Source of the DNA: Nitrosospira multiformis ATCC 25196
GTDB lineage: Bacteria > Pseudomonadota > Gammaproteobacteria > Burkholderiales > Nitrosomonadaceae
Assembly (NCBI RefSeq): GCF_000196355.1
Contig: NC_007614.1
Span: 570,001 to 602,000, forward strand
Direction of reading: 5' to 3'
Length of the DNA: 32,000 nucleotides
The translations under genes and the position numbers were made by a program. The notes beneath the pieces are model-generated. The model was given only the letters and a program-made list of their open reading frames with translations. It was not told the DNA's origin and did no database searches. This document shows, piece by piece, positions 19,358-27,596 of this stretch; position 1 is the stretch's first letter; every line of letters starts with the position of its first letter.

Positions 19358-20338
19358 TTATCGCTGATGCGCAACCAGCGATGCCGCCATTTCGATTGCC
19401 GCCACCAGGCTGCCCGGATCAGCTTTGCCTGTTCCTGCCAATTCAAGCGCGGTGCCATGATCCACGGAGGTACGGATGATGGGCAATCCCAGAGTGACGT
19501 TGACGGCAGTGCCAAAGCTCGCGTGCTTGAGCACCGGCAGCCCCTGGTCATGGTACATGGCGAATATGCAGTCGTAATCCTTCAGCTTCGATGGATTGAA
19601 AAGTGTATCGGCAGGCAGGGGGCCGATCAGACTCATCCCCCCGGCGCGCAGCTTGTCGAGCGAAGGGATGATGATATCGATTTCTTCCCTGCCCAGATGA
19701 CCCGATTCCCCTGCATGAGGATTCAGGCCCGCAACGGCAATGCGGGGCTTCGGAATACCGCAGCGAGTGACCAGATCATGCTCGATGATGCGCAGTTTCT
19801 GCTCCAAAGCATCGCTCGTAATGGCACTCGCGACGTCTTTCAGGGGGAGGTGGGTAGTCGCGAGTGCTACCCGCATCCCGCCCCCGGCGAGCATCATGAC
19901 GGGGCGGCCGTTTGTCAGTTGCGCGAGATATTCGGTGTGGCCAGTAAAAGAAATGCCGGCGTCATTGATGACGCCTTTGTGCACCGGCGCCGTTACCATT
20001 GCATCAAACTCGCCATTGACGCATCCAGCAACAGCCCGCTCGAGCGTCTTCAGCACATAGGACGCATTAGCGGCATCGGGTTTACCGGGAGTGGCAGTTT
20101 CGGCCAGAGGAATGTGCAGCACATGCAAAATCCCTTCGCCCGGCCTGTGTTCGGCGCGGGAGGAGTAGTCCGTTATTGTCAAGGGAAGCCGGAGCAAGTG
20201 CGCGCGCTCCTGCAGCAATTCCCTATCGGCAATGACAATGAGCTTGAAAGGCAAACCGAGTTGCGTGATCTGCACGCACAGGTCGGGACCGATGCCGGCG
20301 GGTTCCCCTGCGGTGAGCGCGAGCTTGGGATTATTCAA
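19358..20338 (-). CDS. pdxA: 4-hydroxythreonine-4-phosphate dehydrogenase
   Basis: 326 aa: LALTAGEPAGIGPD, FTGHTEYLA, AGLNPHAGE, DAMVTAPVHK, and TSVDHGTA. It sits in the conserved position after surA. Confidence 0.95.
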   Translation of the reverse strand: MNNPKLALTAGEPAGIGPDLCVQITQLGLPFKLIVIADRELLQERAHLLRLPLTITDYSSRAEHRPGEGILHVLHIPLAETATPGKPDAANASYVLKTLERAVAGCVNGEFDAMVTAPVHKGVINDAGISFTGHTEYLAQLTNGRPVMMLAGGGMRVALATTHLPLKDVASAITSDALEQKLRIIEHDLVTRCGIPKPRIAVAGLNPHAGESGHLGREEIDIIIPSLDKLRAGGMSLIGPLPADTLFNPSKLKDYDCIFAMYHDQGLPVLKHASFGTAVNVTLGLPIIRTSVDHGTALELAGTGKADPGSLVAAIEMAASLVAHQR

Positions 20339-20374
20339 CTTCGGCCCCCGTCTCTTACAAATGTTAACAGACCC

Positions 20375-21697
20375 TTAGCCTTCTTCCAGCCGATACTCGA
20401 CATACGCCCGGTCCCGCAGGCGCTGCAACCATTCCTGGAATGCCGTCTCAGCTTTGCGGGCACGGATCGCCTGGCGTGCAGACTGGCGTTTGCGCTCCTG
20501 ACTTACGTCCTGGGTGCGGCGCTCGATGACTTGAATGAGATGCCATCCAAAGGGAGATTGGACAGGACTGCTGATTTCTCCCGGTTTGAGAGCGCTCATG
20601 GCCTGTTCAAATTCCGGCACCGTATCGCCCGGCGAGATCCAGCCGAGATCACCCCCGGTGGGGGCGCTGGCGTCTTCCGAATGAAGCTTCGCCAGTTCCT
20701 CGAACTTGCTGCCATTATCCAGGCGTTCCTTCAATTCGGTTACACGGCGGTGAGCATCGGCCTCCGAGGTGAGCTCGCTGATTTTTATCAGAATATGGCG
20801 TGCATGTGTCTGGTCTATCATAGTGGTCACCGTATCCTGGTTGCGGCGTTCGACCAGTTTGAGGATATGAAATCCATTCGGGCTCGGAATTATCCCGGTG
20901 ATTTCCCCCGGTTTCATTGGGGTCAGTATTTCGGCAAACTTTTTTGTGAGCTGGGCAGCAGGACGCCAATTGAGCAGGCCGCCTTCCATCGCATCAGGCG
21001 CATCCGAGAATTCCGCGGCTACCTGGGCAAATTCGGTTCCTGCCTTCAATTTTGCCAAGGCGCTTTCTGCCCGTTGCCGTGCCGCATCGCGTTTCAAAGG
21101 GTCGGCTCCTTCGGAGACCTGTATCAGAATATGAGCAATGCGATATTCGTCGCTCTGGCTGGGCGAATCTTCCTGCGTTTCCAGAAAATGATCGACTTCC
21201 CCTTCGGTCACGCTGACGCGGTTGCTTACCTCACGCTCTTTCAGTCTGACCAGGATGATTTCATCGCGAATCTCGTCACGGAACTTGCTGAAGCTGACCC
21301 CGTCTTCCGCCAGCGCCCTGTCGAACTCCTGCAGGGACATCTTGTTTTCCTGCGCGATACGACGCAAAGTCTGGTCGAGTTCCGCGTCGCTCACGGTCAG
21401 TCCGGTTTCATTCGCAAGTTGCAGTTGCACGCGGTTCAGGATTATTCGCTCCAGAAGCTGTTTTTCCAGCACGGCTGGCGGGGGAGGCTGTACGCCTTGC
21501 TTTTGCAATTGTTTCAGCATGGCGCCGAGCATTTCATCCAGTTCATGCCGGGTGATCACATTCTCATTCACGACCGCAACGATATGGTCGATGGTTTCCA
21601 CCCCCGAATGCGCCGGTTGCTGGGCAATGGCCATTCCGGCAAGCAGCGTTAAAAAGGGAAGGGAAAAGGGGGAACGCGACGACAATTTCGTGCCCAT
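20375..21697 (-). CDS. surA: Periplasmic chaperone / peptidyl-prolyl isomerase SurA
   Basis: 440 aa with a signal peptide. The N-terminal chaperone domain is IVAVVNENVITRHELD. Two parvulin domains are present (ARHILIK...GGDLGW, and HILIQV...GGLLNW), plus FGWHLIQVIERR. Confidence 0.92.
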   Translation of the reverse strand: MGTKLSSRSPFSLPFLTLLAGMAIAQQPAHSGVETIDHIVAVVNENVITRHELDEMLGAMLKQLQKQGVQPPPPAVLEKQLLERIILNRVQLQLANETGLTVSDAELDQTLRRIAQENKMSLQEFDRALAEDGVSFSKFRDEIRDEIILVRLKEREVSNRVSVTEGEVDHFLETQEDSPSQSDEYRIAHILIQVSEGADPLKRDAARQRAESALAKLKAGTEFAQVAAEFSDAPDAMEGGLLNWRPAAQLTKKFAEILTPMKPGEITGIIPSPNGFHILKLVERRNQDTVTTMIDQTHARHILIKISELTSEADAHRRVTELKERLDNGSKFEELAKLHSEDASAPTGGDLGWISPGDTVPEFEQAMSALKPGEISSPVQSPFGWHLIQVIERRTQDVSQERKRQSARQAIRARKAETAFQEWLQRLRDRAYVEYRLEEG

Positions 21698-21767
21698 GTG
21701 AATAAGCTTCTGGAATAGGGGAGAGATAGCGTGATCGTGACGTGCGAACAGTGATAGATGCGAGGTG

Positions 21768-24557
21768 CTATGGCCCTTCTATCAAGCCGCTTCCCTGGCT
21801 ACCCGTCCTGATATACCCGGGAATGCTGCGTTGCAATACGGTCAACGGGTTCGATCCGATTTGCATCAGGCCGTTCAACTCAAGTTGCAAAAAAGCCGCT
21901 GTGGTCGATTTCTGCGTAGCAAGGGTCAAATGCTGGAGCACAAACCGCAACGACCAGCAGCAGGCATTATACTCAACTCCTGCCAGCCCTTCCAGAATTC
22001 TCTTATCCTGTAACGAGTAATTCAGGCGGGCCACCGTCTGCCATCTTTCCGACCATCGCCATTGGCTGGAAGCATCCACCTGATGCAGCACATCCCGGGT
22101 AAAACGGTAACCGAAATTCAACACGCGACCCGGCTCCGGACGATAGCTCACACCCGAGCGGACCACATCCGCTAGCAGGCGCGTCTGGTCAAACTGGAAG
22201 CTGGTGTCAGTACTGATGGTCGGTGTAAGAAAACCCGACACTGCGGCAATAAAATCAGGTCGGCGATCGATGGTTTGCGGGGTCTCCAGTGTGATCCGGC
22301 GATCGATAAAGCTTAATTGATGCCCGACCGCCAAACGCAAACGCTCCCTCCCGGTACTGGATTCCAGCAGGCGGGTCGTCAGGGCAAAAGTCACCTGGTT
22401 GGCATCATTGATACGGTCGCTCCCGCTGAAACGGTTTTCCGCCAGCATCTGGGCAAAGCTGAAATCAGTCTTGGCGGAATCGAAATTCGGCAACTGATCT
22501 TGCGCGCGGAATGGGACGTAAACATAGAACACCCGCGGTTCGAGCGTCTGCGTAAAGCTTTCTCCGCCCAGCGACATTTTGCGATCGAAGGCAAGCCCGC
22601 TGTCGAGGCTGAATATCGGCAAGGTGCGGGTGGGGTTTTCCTCGGACACGCCGGCACCCTCCCCGAGGCTGTAACGGGTGTAGTGCATCCCCACCTTGGG
22701 CGTGATGAAACCGAACGAATTGCGAAGAGGGTAGCTCATGCTTGGGAAGAGCACGGTCCTGCTGCCGTTGACGAGGGTGGGGTGGGAGAAGTTGGTCCAG
22801 CTCCCGGAAAGATTGACATCGACCCCCGTTCCGAAGACGTCCGGCTTATTCGCGTTCAATCCCACCTGGGGCAGGCGTTTGTAAGGCACGACAATTGCGG
22901 CCAGGGGATCCTGAATCGTCTGGAAGCTCTGGACAAGCGAGGTTACGTTAAATGTGCCGTCATCCCCCAGCCCGCGATTGTAAGACAGCAATCCCTGCTG
23001 CAGCAGGTTGGTGCGGGATGTGAGATTCAGGTTGTTGCCAAAGTCGCGAAAATAGGTTGCATCCGACACCCTGTTGTAATCCAGGCGAGCGGAAAAACCA
23101 GCGCCCAGATAATGATTGTGCCAGAACGACGTGCGCCACCGCGTCGTTTGCGTATCCAGGTCACGAGGCACGATGTCGGCGAGCAGATTGCTGCTCGAGT
23201 TTTGGCCCAGAAAGCGAAATTCGTTGTTGATCGCCAGGCCGCGCTTTGACATCAGGCGTGCGGAAAACGTGGCGTCATAGTTGGGGGCGATGTTCCAGTA
23301 GAAGGGTACAGCCAGTTCAAGGCCGGTCCTGCTGCCGGTACCGTAGGTCGGCGCCAGCAATCCTGATTTGCGCTCGCCGCTGTATGAGAAATTCATCCAG
23401 GGGGTATACAGTATCGGCACATCCTTGAAGGTGAGCTTCACATTTTTGGCGGTGCCCACTTTCTTGTCATTGTCGAGCTTCAGGTCGGCCACCTGGAGAA
23501 CCCAGCTGTCGTCTCCCACGGGGCACGTGGTATAACTGGCCTTCTGCAGGCGGTACTGGTTCTCGCCTTCGAACAGGAGCATGCCCGCATAACCGCGACT
23601 GCTCGCATCCTTCAGACGATAGCTGGGTTCGCTTAACTGGCCCGTTTTGCTCAGCAGATTGAATTTGAGATCGGATCCTTCCAGGATGTCACCTTCCTTT
23701 TCCACACGGACGTTGCCCTGGGCTTCGGCATCGTTGGTGCCCTGGTTGTATTTCATCCGCTCGGCGGAAATAAACTGAGGGCCGGCAGACAGTTCCGCCT
23801 TGCCTATCGCTTCGATTTCCTCCTCCACGTGGCCTTGCAAGCGATCCGCAACCACGAACACGGGGGACTGTTTGTCCGTTTCCGCTTCAGCTTCTGCCAG
23901 TTTTTGCTCGATTGCCTCGGGCTCAGTCTCGCCGGCAAGACGCAGCTTTTCGTCGCCTGCTTCTTCCCTGTGACCTCCAATGCGCTCGCCTTCTGCAAAC
24001 CCCGGTCTATCTTGGTCTGCTTCGGCCGGTGCAGGTGTCTTCGCGGGCTTCTCCCCGCGCTTTTGCGCGGATAAAGTGCGCGGTGCGGACTGGGTCCTGG
24101 TGCGCAGCCTGGGCTCTCCTTCTTCTGCGGCAGGCCCGGGAAGGCGTTCCACGCCACCCGGTAAAACCATACTTTCCGCCTTCTCCGATTCCTGGGCTGA
24201 GGTGCCTGTCCGGGAGTCGGTTTTTATCGCGGGGGATAGTGTATAGTTCTGCTGAGGCGCGGATGGCGTGTCTTTTGCGGCGGGGTCCGCTTTTTGGTTG
24301 GGTTTTTTTATCTGGTCGGTTGAAATGGTCGAGCGACTGCGCAATTCACTCTCGCTTCTGGTGCCTGACTCGTATTCATGATGGCCCCGGATGCGTTCCG
24401 TATCGATAACCACCGGTTTATCGTCACCCTCACCAGAAGGGGTTGCGCGTCCCTGCTCCGGCTTTGAAGAAAGCGGCGGCAGATCGGCACGCGCATTGCA
24501 GGCAAGGCAAAACAACAAAAACAACCAGCCAGCGGAACGGATAAAACGCAATTTCAT
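21768..24557 (-). CDS. lptD: LPS-assembly outer-membrane protein LptD (Imp/OstA) with an unusually long low-complexity N-terminal extension
   Basis: 929 aa with signal MKLRFIRSAGWLFLLFCLACNARA. The OstA-N-like region starts near VVADRLQGHVEEEIEAIGKAELS...GNVRVEKEGDILEGSDLKFN. A large C-terminal barrel follows (TYGTGSRTGLELAVPFYWNIAPNYDAT and similar). The lptD-surA-pdxA-rsmA order is conserved. Confidence 0.92.
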   Translation of the reverse strand: MKLRFIRSAGWLFLLFCLACNARADLPPLSSKPEQGRATPSGEGDDKPVVIDTERIRGHHEYESGTRSESELRSRSTISTDQIKKPNQKADPAAKDTPSAPQQNYTLSPAIKTDSRTGTSAQESEKAESMVLPGGVERLPGPAAEEGEPRLRTRTQSAPRTLSAQKRGEKPAKTPAPAEADQDRPGFAEGERIGGHREEAGDEKLRLAGETEPEAIEQKLAEAEAETDKQSPVFVVADRLQGHVEEEIEAIGKAELSAGPQFISAERMKYNQGTNDAEAQGNVRVEKEGDILEGSDLKFNLLSKTGQLSEPSYRLKDASSRGYAGMLLFEGENQYRLQKASYTTCPVGDDSWVLQVADLKLDNDKKVGTAKNVKLTFKDVPILYTPWMNFSYSGERKSGLLAPTYGTGSRTGLELAVPFYWNIAPNYDATFSARLMSKRGLAINNEFRFLGQNSSSNLLADIVPRDLDTQTTRWRTSFWHNHYLGAGFSARLDYNRVSDATYFRDFGNNLNLTSRTNLLQQGLLSYNRGLGDDGTFNVTSLVQSFQTIQDPLAAIVVPYKRLPQVGLNANKPDVFGTGVDVNLSGSWTNFSHPTLVNGSRTVLFPSMSYPLRNSFGFITPKVGMHYTRYSLGEGAGVSEENPTRTLPIFSLDSGLAFDRKMSLGGESFTQTLEPRVFYVYVPFRAQDQLPNFDSAKTDFSFAQMLAENRFSGSDRINDANQVTFALTTRLLESSTGRERLRLAVGHQLSFIDRRITLETPQTIDRRPDFIAAVSGFLTPTISTDTSFQFDQTRLLADVVRSGVSYRPEPGRVLNFGYRFTRDVLHQVDASSQWRWSERWQTVARLNYSLQDKRILEGLAGVEYNACCWSLRFVLQHLTLATQKSTTAAFLQLELNGLMQIGSNPLTVLQRSIPGYIRTGSQGSGLIEGP

Positions 24558-24920
24558 GTGAAGTTCTTCAACCTGAAAACGATATCATCCGGAAATGGAT
24601 GAATGCCTATTTTCAAGCTCATAAGTCTCGCGTCACCGTATGGAAGCTGCTGTATGGAAGCATGGAGCGCGGAATAGGGGCGCCACGCATGCAAATGGAG
24701 CTGCTCCTGCGTGCAGTCCGCCGCTCAACCGGCACAGCAGGGGGCTGCAAGCAAACAAAAGCTGTAAGTGTAACAAAAAAGAGTGGCAAGCCAGCAGGGA
24801 TGAGGTTGAACGAACAATCGAAGCACGCTGACAGGATGGAACGGCTCAATTCCGGGCGGGCATATTTTAATCGCAAGCAGGCGGACGCGTAATTCATTTT
24901 ATATACATCAGGAGCAAGCT

Positions 24921-26291
24921 TTGCATATTCATATCCTTGGCATCTGCGGCACATTCATGGGAGGCATTGCGGCAATCGCACAGGAAGCGGGGCACAAGGT
25001 TACCGGTTGCGATGCAGGCGTCTATCCCCCGATGAGCACGCAATTGAAATCACGGGGTATCGAGTTGATCGAAGGATTTTCCTCGGAACAAACCAGGCTG
25101 AATCCTGACCTGTTCGTTATAGGAAACGTGGTGAGCCGCGGCAATCCCCTCATGGAAGAGATTCTTGACCGCAACCTGCCCTATATTTCCGGTCCTCAAT
25201 GGCTTTCGGAGAATGTCCTGCGGGACAAATGGGTGCTTGCGGTCGCGGGAACGCATGGTAAGACCACAACCAGTTCCATGCTGGCGTGGATTCTCGAATA
25301 TGCCGGAATGGAACCGGGATTTCTCATTGGCGGCATACCGCAGAACTTTGGAATCTCGGCCAGATTGGGGAATTCCGGTTTTTTCGTCATTGAAGCCGAT
25401 GAATACGATACGGCTTTTTTTGACAAGCGTTCCAAGTTTGTCCATTTTCATCCAAGAACAGCCATTCTCAATAACCTGGAATACGATCATGCAGATATTT
25501 TCAGGAACCTTGAGGAGATCGAGCAGCAGTTTCACCACCTCGTGCGTGTCGTTCCCGGCAAGGGTCTTATCGTCAGCAATGGCCAGGAAGAGAATCTGGA
25601 GCGGGTCTTGCGGAAGGGATGCTGGACACCCGTCGAAAGAATAGGCGTCGCCAATGGGTGGGAGGCAGACGTCCTCACGGATGGTGCAGTTGCCGTATCC
25701 TTTCTGGGGGAATCGCAGGGAACGCTGCTATGGGAATTGTTGGGAAAGCACAACCGGATGAATGCACTCGCCGCACTGGCTGCTGCTCGTCACGCCGGTG
25801 TAGCGGTAAAGGCAGGCATTGCCGCACTGGCGGAATTCAGGAATGTCAAGCGCCGCATGGAAGTAAAGGGTATAACAAGGGACATCACGGTCTATGACGA
25901 TTTTGCCCATCACCCGACAGCGATTCGGACAACGATTGACGGGCTGCGCAGCAGGGTGAAGGGGGCGCGCATCATCGCCGTGCTTGAGCCACGTTCGAAC
26001 ACCATGAAAATGGGCGTATGGAAAGAAAGTCTGGCAGACAGCCTAACAGGGGCGGACGTAGTGTTCTGCTACGCCGCCAACCTGGGCTGGGATTTGCCGC
26101 AAGCGCTGCTTCCACTGGGCGAAAAGGCGGTTGCCTTTGAAGAGCTGGATCAATTGATAGCCGCGATTACGGCATATGCCCAACCAGGCGACCATGTACT
26201 CATCATGAGCAATGCCGGTTTTGGCGGTATTCACGAAAAACTGCTCACAAGGATGGCTGCAGTTGCAGCAGACGAAGTTGCCAGCGGGTAA
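24921..26291 (+). CDS. mpl: UDP-N-acetylmuramate:L-alanyl-gamma-D-glutamyl-meso-diaminopimelate ligase (murein peptide ligase)
   Basis: 456 aa with a TTG start and AGGAG 6 nt upstream. Near-collinear with E. coli Mpl: (M)HIHILGICGTFMGGIAAIA, VYPPMSTQL, AVAGTHGKTTT, FFVIEADEYDTAFFDKRSKFVH, YDDFAHHPTAI, and LEPRSNTMKMG. Confidence 0.94.
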   Translation: MHIHILGICGTFMGGIAAIAQEAGHKVTGCDAGVYPPMSTQLKSRGIELIEGFSSEQTRLNPDLFVIGNVVSRGNPLMEEILDRNLPYISGPQWLSENVLRDKWVLAVAGTHGKTTTSSMLAWILEYAGMEPGFLIGGIPQNFGISARLGNSGFFVIEADEYDTAFFDKRSKFVHFHPRTAILNNLEYDHADIFRNLEEIEQQFHHLVRVVPGKGLIVSNGQEENLERVLRKGCWTPVERIGVANGWEADVLTDGAVAVSFLGESQGTLLWELLGKHNRMNALAALAAARHAGVAVKAGIAALAEFRNVKRRMEVKGITRDITVYDDFAHHPTAIRTTIDGLRSRVKGARIIAVLEPRSNTMKMGVWKESLADSLTGADVVFCYAANLGWDLPQALLPLGEKAVAFEELDQLIAAITAYAQPGDHVLIMSNAGFGGIHEKLLTRMAAVAADEVASG

Positions 26292-26350
26292 AGGTCAAGC
26301 CGCCGTCAATCAGACAGACAGATATGGCAGGACAGGAACCGGATTGACAA

Positions 26351-26869
26351 TCACCGCGGTGATTTTATCTTGCCGCAATTGGCGCTGATCCAGCGCCCCG
26401 TGGTATCCGCATGCTCATTGACGGGAGTGTTTTGCATCGTACCAGTGAACACGGTCCATCCCGAGAAACTTTCCGGCGTCGTAAACGAGCCCTCGGCTCG
26501 CCCCTTGCCCTGTAATTGGGGATTGGTGCAGACGAGGTCCATCTTGTAGTCATTCCCGGTGCGGATGGCATTTTGGATGCTGCATCCCGCTTCGTGAACG
26601 TGCAAATAGGAAGGAATCTCCTGATCCGCCATTTTCCGGGTGATGCAGATTCTGGAGGTGGCCGCTCCATTCTCGATCCGGGGTAAATCCAGTCCATATT
26701 GCTTCGCCAGCTTCGTCAGTTGCTGCATTTGTTCAGGCGGAATCCGCGGCACCAGGGCCAATAGCATCGACGTCGTCGTTATTTCCCATAAGCCGGGCCG
26801 TACGGAGGCGTCTGTCGCATGGCCGACCGAGACCACGAATAACAGTAGTGATGGAAGGATTTTTCGCAT
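26351..26869 (-). CDS. Secreted DUF3617-family protein of unknown function
   Basis: 172 aa with signal peptide MRKILPSLLLFVVSVGHA. The mature N-terminus carries the PGLWEITTT motif I associate with DUF3617. Conserved Cys pairs are present (C..C..C..C). Size is typical for the family. The family call is from memory. Confidence 0.55.
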   Translation of the reverse strand: MRKILPSLLLFVVSVGHATDASVRPGLWEITTTSMLLALVPRIPPEQMQQLTKLAKQYGLDLPRIENGAATSRICITRKMADQEIPSYLHVHEAGCSIQNAIRTGNDYKMDLVCTNPQLQGKGRAEGSFTTPESFSGWTVFTGTMQNTPVNEHADTTGRWISANCGKIKSPR

Positions 26870-27596
26870 CGAATCTTTCAGACCGTTCTTCAGATATCAA
26901 CTGTCAATTATACCAGTCGCCCACAAGGGAGTTGACTCGCGGAAAGCGGAAGGTTTATGTGGCAGACCGATGTTTAGGAAATTCCGTTCCGTTATGAGAT
27001 GGGTAAAAATGCGATGAGGTTGAGATGTTCCTTTACTCGGATCCGAAGTGTTGCCCGCCGCATCGCCCGGGAATTTATGCTGCAGCATCCGGACTTCCTA
27101 CTTCGGTGCAGGCCGGCCGCGAAATCTGGTACAAGGCGACCGCCCGCAACAGCCGCTTTCATATCTATGTGTTTCCCCAGCGCCTCAATGTACTTGTACT
27201 GGTCGACTGGGGTGACAAAGTGCCCATGCCGCGTCCCTCGCATCGCGGAAGGGAGGTCCCCGGATGCAGACAACGCCTCATCCATCCATTGCTTTACTAC
27301 GGGCTAAGGTAGCAGAGTGACTGCGTGCGGAGACGGGCCGTACTCCTGGCGCGATGGAAGTGATTGCCACAGGTTATGAGAACCTGTGCCCTTGCCTCCC
27401 ATCCGCTACCCCTGCAGCACATTTCGGGGCGCCGCAACGGGGAGGAACTGGAGTCGATCGGTGAATTGCTCTCCTTGCCGGAAGGATGCGCAGAGTCATG
27501 AACGGGAATATAAGTGCGGCTCACCTTCCGCTGCCGCCGGTGTCAAATTCCGGGAGAGGGCACGACCAGGAGGAGGCGGAAGATATGGAAACCCTA

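Noticed and set aside
19367-21652. A 761-aa plus-strand ORF spanning the pdxA and surA loci
   Set aside because: It lies entirely antisense to two well-supported genes with clear family motifs. Its translation is low-complexity and rich in R, G, A and Q, with no recognisable domain. Long stop-free antisense frames are expected where the sense genes have GC-biased codon usage.
24599-24892. A 97-aa basic ORF (plus strand) and the 111-aa ORF at 24619-24954 (minus strand) in the lptD/mpl spacer
   Set aside because: There is no RBS, no GC3 bias like that of neighbouring genes, and no recognisable domain. The two ORFs overlap each other, and the minus-strand one overlaps the mpl start.
26992-27285. 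A 97-aa minus-strand ORF as a real gene
   Set aside because: There is no RBS and no recognisable family. The coding-like codon bias decays in the last third, and it overlaps two plus-strand ORFs of equal length. I kept it only as a possible pseudogene remnant, under the finding for 26870-27596.
27495-27580. Cobalamin-riboswitch-like fragments on the plus strand (AACGGGAA, CCGGTGTCAAATTCCGG, ACCAGGAGGAGGCGG)
   Set aside because: The motifs are in the wrong spacing: about 30 nt separate GGGAA from GGTG..AAxTCC, where a few nt are expected. The B12 box is only partially matched, and no plus-strand gene lies downstream to be regulated. A covariance-model scan would settle it, but I do not expect a hit.
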